Assembly: GCA_009914755.4 (NCBI GenBank)
Contig: CP068257.2
Coordinates: 15,648,001 to 15,712,000 of the forward strand
Reading direction: 5' to 3'
Source: the human T2T-CHM13v2.0 reference genome, Homo sapiens
DNA: 64,000 nt
Below are positions 1-10,524 of this stretch, in pieces. A program made the translations under genes and the position numbers. The notes beneath the pieces were generated by a model. That model worked only from the letters and a program-made list of their open reading frames with translations. It was not told where the DNA came from and searched no databases. Within the stretch, counting starts at the first letter, position 1. Every line of letters begins with the position of its first letter.

Positions 1-46
1 GAGACCGTGGGGAGAGGGAGACAGAGGGAGAGGGAGAGGGAGAGCC
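1..46. repeat. Purine-rich simple repeat, (GGGAGA)n-like
   Basis: Direct reading: gagaccgtggggagagggagacagagggagagggagagggagag. Confidence 0.8.
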
Positions 47-189
47 GGAAAAGTTTCTTGTATAGCCCCGGCTCTTAGAGCCAGGCTCTTCACCCTTATT
101 TTCATAAAGCTGCGATGCATGCTTCATACATAATTGTGCATGTTGCTGCCTCCTTCTCCCAGCTGCCCGACGTGTCATCTATTCAGTAT

Positions 190-1497
190 TCTTAAAGAAA
201 AGAATTTTCAGCCAAGAATTTTATATCTAGCCAAAGTAAACTTCATAAGCAAATAAGAGCCTTTTCAGACAAGCAAGTGCTAAGGGAATTCATTAACACC
301 AAATGCGTTACAAAAGATCCTGAAGGGAGTGCTAAATATAGGCAGGAAAGACTGCTGCCAGCCAGTACAAAAACATACTTAAGTACATGGACCTGTAATG
401 TTATAAAGCTACCACATAACCAAGTCTGAATAATAAACAGCTAATAACGTGATGACAGGATGAAATCCATACATGTAAGTACTAACCTTGAATGTAAACA
501 AGATAAATGCCCTCAAAAGACAGAGTGACAAGTTGGATAAAGAAGCAAAACTGTCTTCAAGGGACTCATGTGCAATGAAACCCATAGGCCCAAAACAAAG
601 GGATGGAGAAAAATCTACCAAGCAAATGGAAACCAGAAAAAAAAAGGGGGTTGCTATTTGAATTTTGGACAAAACAGATTTTAAACTAAAAAAGATCAAT
701 AAAGACAAGGAAGAGCATTACATAATAGTAAAGGACTTAATTCAACAAGAAAACTTAACTATCCTAAATATATATGCACCTAACACAGGAGCACCTGGAT
801 TTATAAAGCAAGTTGTTAAAAACCAATGAAGACATTTAAATAACCACATAATAATAGTGGGAAACACTTAAGACCCCAGTGACAGTTTTAAATCATCAAA
901 GCAGAAAACTAAGAAAGGTATTTGGGACCTTAATTCAACACTTGAACAAAGGGACCTATAGACATCTACAGAACTCTCCATCCAAAAACAACAGAATATA
1001 CATTCTTCTCATCTGCACATGGCACATACTTTAAAATCAATAACACAATCAGCCATAAAAAATCTTCACCAAATTTTAAAAAACAGAAATTATACCAACC
1101 ACATACTCAGACCACAGCACAATAAAAATAGAAATAAATGAGAAGAAAGTCACTCAAAACCATAGAAGTGCATGGAAATTAAATGACTTCATCCCAAATG
1201 ACTTCTGGGTAAGTAATAAAATTAAGGCAGAAATAAAGAAATTATTTGAAACTAATGAGGAAAAAGATACAACATACCAGAATCTGTGGGATACAGCCAA
1301 TGCAGTGTTAAGAGGAAATTTTATAGCACTAAATGTCCACATCAAAAAGTTGGAAAGATCTCAAATTACCAACCTAATATCACAACACATCAGAACTAGG
1401 GAAGCAAGAGCAAATCCACCCCGAAGCTAGCAGAAGAAAAGAAATTAGAAAATTAGAGCTGAGCTAAAGGAAATTGATGTAAAACACACACACACAC

Positions 1498-1531
<34 letters not shown>

Positions 1532-2995
1532 CAAAAGACAAAGAATCCAGGAACTGGTTCTTTGAAAAAAAATAAGATAGATAGACCACTAGCTAGTCTA
1601 ATAAAGAAAAAAAGAGAGAATATCCAAATAAACCCATCAGAAATGATAAATGGAATGTTACCATTACCCCACATAAATACAAATGCCCTCAGAGACTATT
1701 ATGGACACTTCTATACACAGAAGCTAGAAAGCCTAAAAGAAATGGATAGATTACTGTAAACATACAACCTCCCAAGATTGAACCAGGAAGAGATTGAATC
1801 CTTAAACAGACAAACAATGAATTGTGAAATTGAATCAGTAATAAAAAGCCCACCAATCAAGAACAGATGAATCCATAGACAAAATCTACCAAATGGATAA
1901 GGAAGAGCTGGTACCATTTCTACCAAAATGATTCCAAAAGATTGAGGAGGAGAACCTCCTCCTTAACTCATTCTATGAGGCGAGCATCATCCTGATAACA
2001 AAACCTGGCAGAGACACAATGAAAAAAGTCAACTTCAGGTCAATATACTTAATGAACATCAGTGTAAAAATTCTCAACAAATTATTTGCAAGGTGAATCT
2101 AGCAGCACATCAAAAATCTAATCCACCATGATTAAGTATGCTTTATCCCTGGGATGCAAGTTTGATTCAACATATGCAAATCAAGAAATGTGATTCACCA
2201 CATAAACTGTACTAAAAACAAAAACCACATAATTAACACAACAAATGTAGAAAAGGCTTTCAATAAAATTTAACATCTCTTTATGTTGCAAACCCTAAAC
2301 AAACTAGGCATTAAAGGAACATAATTCAAAATAAAGAGGCATCTATGAAAAACTCACATCCAACATCATACTGTATCAACAAAAGCTGTAAGCATTTTCC
2401 TTGAAAACTAGAACAAGACAAGGATGCCCTCTCTCACCACTTCTATTAAACATAGTGTTGGAAGTCCTAACCAGAGCAATCAGGTAAGAGAAAGAAATAA
2501 AAGGCATCCAAATGGGAAGAGAGGAAGTCAAAATATCTCTGTTTGCAGATGACATGATTCTATACCTAGAAAACCTAATAGTCTCTGCCCAAAAGCTCCT
2601 TGATTTGATACACAACTTCAGTATAGTTTCAGGATACAAAATCAATGTACAAAAATTACTAGCATTCCTATACACCAACAGCATCCAAGCTGAGAGACAA
2701 ATCAAGAACACAATCCCATTCACAATAGCCACAAAAAGAATGAAATACCTAAGAATACAGCTAACTAGGAAGCTGAAAAACCTATACAATGAGAATTACA
2801 AAACACTGCTCAAAGAAGTCAGAATGCCAAAAAGAAATGGAAAAACATTCCACGTTCATGAATAGGACAAATCAATATTGTTGAAATGGCCATACTGCCC
2901 AAACCAATTTACAGATTGAATGCTATTCATGTTAAACTACAAATGACATTCTTTACAGAACTAGAAAAAACTATTTTAAAATTTATATGAAATTG
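190..2995 (+). mobile_element. Old primate L1 (L1PB/L1MA-like), 5'-truncated in the ORF1 C-terminus, running through ORF2 EN/RT. It is interrupted at 2995 by an 11.7-kb insertion and resumes at 14722.
   Basis: Sequence matches the L1 ORF1 C-terminus (ttcataag..gacaagcaa) and the ORF2 start (atgacagg..aaccttgaatgtaaa). Translated frames give the RT motifs FADD and the YLE-type region at 2512-2865. There are many stops and frameshifts. Confidence 0.85.
1484..1535. repeat. (CA)n microsatellite inside the L1
   Basis: Direct reading of the acacacac run. Confidence 0.9.
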
Positions 2996-3155
2996 AGGGC
3001 CCAGGGCCCAGATGGGCCAGAAGTGGCCAGATGCAGGCAGGGTGGGCACCTGGACACCTGCCTTGGGTGCCTTGCTGCCCAGATGGTGGCAGTGGTGGCC
3101 ACACATGCGGCCCAGCTTCTGTCCTCACGTTCCTCCAGCTCCCAGCCCCCACACC

Positions 3156-3535
3156 ATGTCACCGCCTGTGCTGCCCACCGAGTTGGTGCCTTCAGAGTGC
3201 ATTGTGGTGCTGCTGTCCTGTGCATTCTTTGTGCTCAGCTCAGGCCTGCTGGTGGCCATGTGCACCCTGTGGCCCGACCTGTGAAGCCAGGCACAGTGCC
3301 TGCTGCTCTTCCTGTCACTGGCCAACCTGCTCTCAGCTGCCTCCTACTTCTATGGGATGCTGCAGGACTTCGCAGGCTGTCATGGAACTGCATGCTGCAA
3401 GGTGTGCTGTCCACCCTCACCAACACCAGCTCATTCTTCTGGACTGTGGCCATCATACTATACCTGTACCTCAGGATCACTAGCACCGTGCAGGCCCTGC
3501 ACCAACCATCTGCTCTGAGCCTTCCATGTCATCAG
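3156..3535 (+). pseudogene. Pseudogene fragment resembling the N-terminus of the orphan GPCR GPR157: start codon, first TM region, and a GT donor-like site at 3536
   Basis: Frames translate to MSPPVLPTELVPSECIVVLLSCAFFVLSSGLLVAMCTLWPDL*SQAQCLLLFLSLANLLSAASYFYGMLQDFAG, then (after a 1-nt shift) VLQGVLSTLTNTSSFFWTVAIILYLYLRI, then (another shift) CTNHLL*AFHVI. This tracks my recollection of human GPR157 (…PTELVPSERAVVLLSCALSALGSGLLVATHALWPDLRSRARRLLLFLSLADLLSAASYFYGVLQNFAG…CVLQGALSTFANTSSFFWTVAIALYLYL…RTDRLLWAFHVVS). The stops sit where CpG codons would decay (CGA to TGA, TGG to TGA). Confidence 0.55.
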
Positions 3536-3868
3536 GTGATCTTGACTTTCCAGAGTTCAGCTGTTCTGAGATTGAAGTCAGGGGTGGAGGGCTGGTCTGG
3601 GGGTCTGGGAGTCCACCTGGAGTCTCTCTGAGAGTGAGGAAAAACCAAGACCTTACCCAGCAGTTCAAGCATCTTTCAAGTAAGCCTCACTGAAGAGGGT
3701 CAGCCCTTCCCTGGGGAATGTCAGGTTTTGAGAATCTCATGGCATTATGTGCTGAACTGTGGGCAAGAATCCTAGGGCTGTTTTCCTTTTCTCCTTCTCC
3801 CAGATCAGAGCATCAGATACTGCCCTAATTATAGGTCCTTTCTGTTAAAAATGTAAGTGCTTTCCAAG

Positions 3869-4293
3869 TGAGAGATGAGGCCGGCTGGACTTCCTGGGTC
3901 CAGCGGGGACTTGGGGAACTTTCCTGTCTTACAAGAGGATTGTAAAACTCACCAATCAGTGCTCTGTAAAACATACCAATCAGCAGGATTCTAAAAGCAG
4001 CCAGTCAAAGGGAGGATTGAAAAAAGGGCACTCTGACAGGATAGAAACAGAACATGGAAGGGGACAATAAGGGAACAAAAACTGGCCACCCCAGCCAGCA
4101 GCAGCAACCCACTTGTGTCCCCTTCCACACTGTGGAAACCGTTCTTTTGCTCTTCACAATAAATCTTGCTACTGTTCACTCTTTGGGTCCTTGCCATCTT
4201 TAAGAGCTGTAACACTCACCATGAAGGTCTGCAGCTTCATTCTTGAAATCAGCAAGACCACAAACCCACTTGCAGGAACGAACCCCAGACACA
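3869..4293 (+). mobile_element. 5' LTR, short LTR12-family subtype. It carries 2 CCAAT-box repeat units, a TATA-like aataaggg/aaaaactggcc core region, and AATAAA at 4157.
   Basis: Matches the LTR12 3' half (ccaatcagcactctgtaaaa units; ctttgggtcc..ttaagagctgtaacactcacc..gaaggtc.gc.gcttcattcttgaa). Confidence 0.8.
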
Positions 4294-5443
4294 TCTTGGG
4301 GGCTCATCCAGGATATCACCACGTGGTGAGTACCATTGGACCCCTTTCACTTGCTATTCTGTCCTATTTTTCCTTAGAATTTGGGGGCTAAACACCAGGC
4401 ACCTGTCAGCCAGTCAAAAGCAAATGGCACAGCTGCTGGACTACAGACACAGGTGTCAGACTTTTTGGGAAAGGGCTCTCTAACAACCCCCAACTCTTCG
4501 GAGTCAGGAGTGTTCATTTGCCTGGAACCAGCTTCTGCTTTCCCTGCACTTCTGGGCTGAGCTGAGGGTCAACAGAGAGGAAAACTAATCAGCTCCAGGG
4601 TCCCAACAAAAACTTGGTTGACCCTGCAGCTATGAGCAGAGCTCTCAAACTTATGTTGCCCAAGCGAGACTCACCCATCTGTCCTGTCTATCCTGACACT
4701 TGTCTCCTGGGTCCTAATGCCTGTCAGACAAACTTTCTCTCACCTCTCTTCTCCAAGGCTAGTCCTGCTTCTAAAAATCACTCCCTATCCCTGGTGCTTT
4801 TCTAGTTTCTCCTATAAGGATGATTTCTAATATAGATTTTGGGACTCTGTTCCCTTCTTCAGGCACCCAGGCTTACAAATCAGAAAGAGCCGAATTCTTC
4901 AACAGGAAATAGGTGCCCTGGGGCACATAATTTTTGCCCAGAGCCCTGTTGCAGGTGGAACTATCTGGAATTTTAGGATCCCTCCTCAGGCTAGCAGGCC
5001 TAACAAAGGCTATTCTTGAAGCTAGGATATGGGGAGTCTCAGAAATTATAGACTGCAAAATTGGGGGAATATCCTTCCTATTCATATGATGAGAAGTGAG
5101 GACAAAAGGCATCACTTTTCCAATCCTGGAGATCCCTTTCCTCCCTCAAGGTATGGCCCTCCACTCCATTTTGAGGCATATCATCTTTATAGGACAAGGT
5201 TAAGTTCCCAATACCAACAGGAGAAAATGCTTAGGACTCTAACAGGTTTTCAAGAATGCATCAGTAAGGGCCACTAAATCTGACCTTTCTTGGCCCTCTT
5301 TGTTGTCTAGGAGGAAAATAAGTGTTTCCACTGCTGCTTTGGTGAGCACAACTATTCTGAATAGTAGGGTCCAGGGACCATTGCAGGTTCTGGGGTGGGA
5401 AAAAACAGATCAAAACTGCAGGCGGTTTTTTGTTCTGTTTTAG

Positions 5444-6619
5444 ATGGGAAACACTCAGGCATCAACGAGCTCACCCTTGAAATGCATCCTAAGCCATTGG
5501 GACCAATTTGACCCACAAACCCTGAAAAAGAAGCAGCTTATTTTTTTCTGCACTATAGCCTGGCTCCAATATTCTCTCCCTGATGGGGAAAAATGGCCAC
5601 CTGAGGGAAGTATAAATTATAATACTATCCTGCATCTTGACCTTTTCTGTAAGAGGGAAGGCAAATGTTGTGAAATACCTTATGTCCAAGCTTTCTTTTT
5701 ATTGAAGGATAATCCACAACTATGCAAAGCTTACAATCTATATCCCACAGGAAGACCTCTCAGCTTATCCCCATATTCTAGCCTTCCTACAGCTCCCCTT
5801 CCTATTAGTGGTGAGCCTCCTCTAATCTCCCCCACTGAGATGGAAACAAGCAAAGAAATATCCATGGGACCATAAAACCCCCAGGCTATTGGTTATGTCC
5901 CCTTCAAGCTGAAAGGGGAGGGGAATTTGGCCCAACCCAGGTACATGACCCCTCCTCCCTCTCTGATTTAAAGCAAATCAAGGTAGACCTGGGGAAGTTT
6001 TCAGATACCCTGATAGGTACACATATGTCCTACGGGGTCTAGGGCAAACCTTCAACCTCACTTGGAGAGCTGTCATGCTATTGTTAGAACAAACCCTGGC
6101 TTTTAATGAAAAGAATGTGGCTTTAGCTGCAGCCCAAGAGTTTGGAGATACATGGTATCTTAGTCAGGTTAATGATAGAATGACAGCTGAAGAAAGGGAC
6201 AAATTCCCTACTGATCAGCAAGCCATAGCCAGTATGGATCCCCACTGGGACCTCCACTCAGGTCATGGGGACTAGGGTTGCAAATATCTGTTGACCTGTG
6301 TCAATGAAGAAGACTTAGGAAAAAGCCCATGAATTATTCAATGATGTCCACCATAACTCAGGGAAAGGAAGAAAATCCTACCACCTTCCTTGAGTGGCTA
6401 CAGGAGGCCTTAAGACAATATACCCTCCTGTCACTTGATTCCCTCAAGGGTCAGTTGATCCTAAAGGATAACTTTATTACCCAATCAGCTGCAGATATCA
6501 GGAGAAAGCTCCTAAAGCTAGCCCTGGGTCCTGAACAAAATTTAGAGGCATTATTAAACCTAGAAATCTCAGTGTTCTATAAAAGGGACCAAGAGGAGCA
6601 GGCCAAAAAGGAAAAGTGA
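5444..6619 (+). pseudogene. HERV9 gag (MA-CA), in-frame pieces 5444-5875, 6075-6275 and 6329-6619, split by frameshifts
   Basis: The myristoylation-type start [36 protein letters not shown] aligns to HERV-W Gag [36 protein letters not shown] (from memory). The capsid region MNYSMMSTITQGKEENPTTFLEWL..QLILKDNFITQSAADIRRKL also matches. Confidence 0.75.
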
Positions 6620-6646
6620 GATAAGAGAAAGGCCACAGCCTTAGTC

Positions 6647-6895
6647 ATGGCCCTCAGACAAACAAACCTTGGTAGTTCAGAGAGGACAGGAAATGGAGCA
6701 GGCCAATCACCTGGCAGGGCTTGTTATCAGCGTGGGTTGCAAGGACACTTTAAAAAAGATTGTCCAGTGAGAAACAAGCCACCCCCTTGCCCATGTCCAC
6801 TATGCCAAGGCAATCATTGGAAGGTGCACTGCCCCAGAGGACAAAGGCTCTCTGGGCCAGAAGCCCCCAATCAGATGATCCAACAACAGGACTGA
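6647..6895 (+). pseudogene. HERV9 gag NC region with one intact zinc knuckle, CPLCQGNHWKVHC; the first knuckle is degenerate
   Basis: ORF 6647-6895 translation shows the CX2CX3HX4C motif. Confidence 0.7.
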
Positions 6896-6897
6896 GG

Positions 6898-7330
6898 GTG
6901 CCTGGGGCAAGTGCCAGCTCATGTCATCACCCTCAGTGAGACCCAGGTAAGTTTAACCACTGAAGGCCAGGAAATTCACTTCCTCCTGGACACTAGCGTG
7001 GCCTTCTCAGTGTTAATCTCCTGCCCTGGACGGCTTTCTTCAAGGTCCATTACCATCCAAGGAATCCTGGGACAGCCTGTAAACAGGTAGTTCTCCCACC
7101 TTCTCAGTTGTAATTGGGAGAATTTGCCCTTTTCACGTGCCTTTCTTGTTATGCCTGGAAGTGCCACACCCTTATTAGGGAGGAACATATTAGCCATTGC
7201 TATTATCTACATGAATATGGGGGACAAGTTACCCATTTGTTGTCCCCTACTTGAGGAGGGAATCAACCCTGAAGTCTGGGCATTGGAAGGACAATTCAGA
7301 AGGGCAAAAAATGCCCACCCAGTTCAAATC
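6898..7330 (+). pseudogene. HERV9 protease. The active site reads LLDTS (DTG to DTS); the C-terminus carries the LLGRNIL motif.
   Basis: Translation of 6979-7036 gives EIHFLLDTSVAFSVLISCPG. ORF 7124-7333 gives ..LLGRNILAIA..CCPLLEEGINPEVWA. Confidence 0.7.
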
Positions 7331-10300
7331 TAGCTAAAAGACCCCATCACTTTTCCTTATCAAAGGCAATATCCCTTAAGGCCTGAAGCTCGTAAAGGAT
7401 TAAAGGATACTGTTAGACATTTAAAAGCTCAAGTCTTAGTAAGAAAATTCAGCAGTCCCTGCAACACCCCAATTCTAGGAATACAAAAACAAAATGGTCG
7501 GTGGAGACTAGTGCAAGATCTTAGACTCATCAATGAGGCAGTAATTCCTCTATATCCACCTGTAGCCAACCCCTATACACTGCTCTCTCAAATACCAGAG
7601 TCAGCAGAATGGTTCACTGTTCTGATCCTCAAGGATGCCTTCTGTATTCTCCTGCACTCTGACTCCCAGTTTCTCTTTGCCTTTGAGGATCCCACAGACC
7701 ACACGTCCCAACTTACATGGACAGTCTTGCCTCAAGATTTTAGGGATAGCCCTCATCTCTTTGGTCAGGCACTGGCCCAAAATCTAGGCCACTTCTCAAG
7801 CCCAGGCACTCTGGTCCTTCAGTATGTGGATGATTTACTTTTGGCTACCAGTTTGGAAGCCTCATGCCAGCAGGCTACTCTAGATCTCTTGAACTTTGAA
7901 GCTAATCAAAGGTACAAGGTGTGTAAATCAAAGGCCCAGCTCTGCCTACAACAAGTCAAATATCTAGGTCTAGTCTTAGCCAGAGAACCAGGGCCCTCAG
8001 CAAAGAATGAATACAGCCTATACTGACTTGTCCTCACCCTAAGACATTAAAACAGTCACGGGGGTTCCTTGGGATCACCAGTTTTTGCCAACTATGGATC
8101 CCCAGATACAGCGAGATGGCCAGGCCACTCTATACTCAATCAAGGAGACCCAGAGGGCAAATACTCATCTAGTATAATGGGAACCAGAGGCAGAAACAGC
8201 TTTCAAAACCTTAAAGCAGGCCCTAGTACCAGCTCCAGCCTTAAGCCTTCCCACAGGACAAAACTTCTCTTTATACATCACAAAGAGAGTGGGAATAGCT
8301 CTTGGAGTCCTTACTCAGACTCAAGGGACAACCCCACAACCAGTGGCATACTTAAGTAAGGAAATTGATGTAGTAGCAAAAGGCTGGCCTCATTGTTTAT
8401 GGTAGTTGTGGCAGTGGTCATGTTAGTATCAGAGGCTATCAAAATAATACAAGGAAAGGATCTCATTGTCTGGACAGCTCGTGATGTAAATGGCATACTA
8501 GGTGCCAAAGGAAGTCTATGGCTATCAGACAACTGTCTGCTTAGATACCAGGCACTACTCCCTGAGGAACTGGTGCTTCAAATATGCATGTGTGTGGCCC
8601 TCAACCCTGCCACTTTTCTCCCAGAGGATGGGGAACCAATCAAGCATGACTGCCAACAAATTGTAGCCCAGACTTTTGCTGTTCAAGAGGATCTCTTAGA
8701 GGTCCCCTTAGCTAATCCTGACCTTGCCCTATATATCGAAGGAAGTTCATTTATGGAGAATGGGATATGAAGGGCAAGTTATGCCATAGTTAGTGATGTA
8801 ACAGTACTTGAAACTAAGCCTCTTCCCCTAGGGACCAGCACCCAGTTAGCAGAACTAGTGGTGCTTACCTGAGCCTTAGAACTGGGAAAGGAAAAAAGAA
8901 TAAATGTATATACAGTATTTGTCCATTTCATCTAATAAATAATCTAATTTGTTTAATGGCAAAAAATGTATATACAGTTAGCAAGTATGCTTATCTAATT
9001 CTACATGCTTATGCTGCAATATGGAAAGAAAGGGAGTTCCTAACCTCTAGGGGAACCCCCATTAAATACCACAAGGAAATCATGGAGTTATTGCATGCAG
9101 TGCAAAAACCCAAGGAGGTGGCAGTCTTACACTGCTAAAGCCATCAAAAAGATGAAGGAGAAAAGGCAGAAAGAAACTGTCGGGCAGAAGCTGAGACCAA
9201 AATTGCTGCCAGGTGGAACCTCCCATTAGAAATACCTATGGAAGGACCCTCGGTATGGAACAACCCTCTCCAAGAAATTAAGCCCCAGTATTCCCGTCCA
9301 AAACAGAATGGGGACTTTCATGGGGGCATAGTTTTCTCCCCTCGGGGTGGTTAATGACAGAAGAGGGAAAAGTACTCATACCCGAAGCCAGCCAGTGGGA
9401 AATACTTAAGACCCTCTGCTAAACCTTTTATATGGGTATTGAGAACATTCATCAAATGGCCAAATCCCTATTTACACAGTCAATTCTCCCCAGACCATCC
9501 GGCAAGTAGTCAAAGCCTATGAGGTGTGCCAAAGGAATAATCCATTGGTCCATCATAAGGCTCCCCTCGGGGAAACAAAGAACAGGTCACTATCCTGGAG
9601 AGGATTGGCAGTTAGACTTCATCCATATGCCTAAATCAAGGGGATTTCAATACTTGGTATGTGTTGATACCTTTACAAATTGGATGGAAGCCTTCCCTTG
9701 CAAGAGAGAGAAAGCTCAGGAAGTGGTTAGTCCTAATTCATGAAATAATTCCTAGATTTGGGCTTCCCCAAAACTTACAAAGTGACAATGGTCCAGCTTT
9801 TAAAGCCATGATAACTCAGGGAATTTCCAGGGCACTAGGGATACAATATCACCTTCAGTGCACGTGGAGGCCACAAACCTCAGGGAAGGTTGAGAAAGCA
9901 AATGAAACACTCAAGAGGCACTTAAGGAAACTAACACAAGAAACTCATCTCCCATGGCCTACTTTCTTGCCCATGGCCTTGTTGAGAATCTAAAATTCCC
10001 CTCACAAAATGGGGCTCAGTCCATATGAAATGCTGTATGGATGACCTTTTCTCACAAATGACCTCTTACTTGATCAGGAAATGGCCAACTTGGTCAAAGA
10101 CATAACTTCTTTGGAAAAATACCAACAAAACATTAAAAACCTACCTGAAGGACATCACAGAGAAAAGGGAACAGAGTTGTTCCAACTGGGAGATCTAGTG
10201 TTGGTCAAGTCCCTTCCCTCTACCTTCCCATCTATGAATTCCTTGTGGGAAGGACCATACTCAGTAATCCTCTCTACTCCCACTGCAGTTAAGGTAGCAG

Positions 10301-10515
10301 GAGGGGAATCTTGGATTCACCACACCCGAGTTAAACTTTGGACACCCCCTGAGGAACCTGCAGGACCATCAGATCAGGAGTCCCAAGATCAGCCAGACCA
10401 GCCTCAATACACCTGTGAACCATTGGAGGACTTGCGTCTCCTATTTCAGAAGGAAACATCCCAAACTAAAAAGGCTCCTTCAGCTGATCCTGAGGAAAAA
10501 CCCCTTCCTACTTAA
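7330..10515 (+). pseudogene. HERV9 pol: RT (YVDDLLLA intact), RNase H and integrase (DDE core, C-terminal domain), with several frameshifts and stops
   Basis: ORF 7511-8026 contains LVLQYVDDLLLATS. ORF 8393-8770 is RNase H/connection. ORFs 9519-9993 carry the IN core (HYPGEDWQLDFIHMPKS..VCVDTFTNWMEAFPC). ORF 10081-10515 is the IN C-terminus (SWIHHTRVKLW). Confidence 0.75.
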
Positions 10516-10524
10516 AAAAGTTAA

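Noticed and set aside
2983-3668. Several overlapping 60-214 aa ORFs on both strands in the GC-rich stretch (for example 2987-3631 plus strand, 214 aa; 3235-3486 minus strand)
   Set aside because: Overlapping open frames are expected in GC-rich, stop-poor sequence. The only coherent protein similarity is the frameshifted GPR157-like reading, so none is called as a gene.
4294-4345. Attempted to identify the HERV9 PBS (Arg-type expected) right after the 5' LTR
   Set aside because: The sequence tcttgggggctcatccaggatatcaccacgtggtgagtacc does not convincingly match any tRNA 3' end I can recall, so I left it unannotated.
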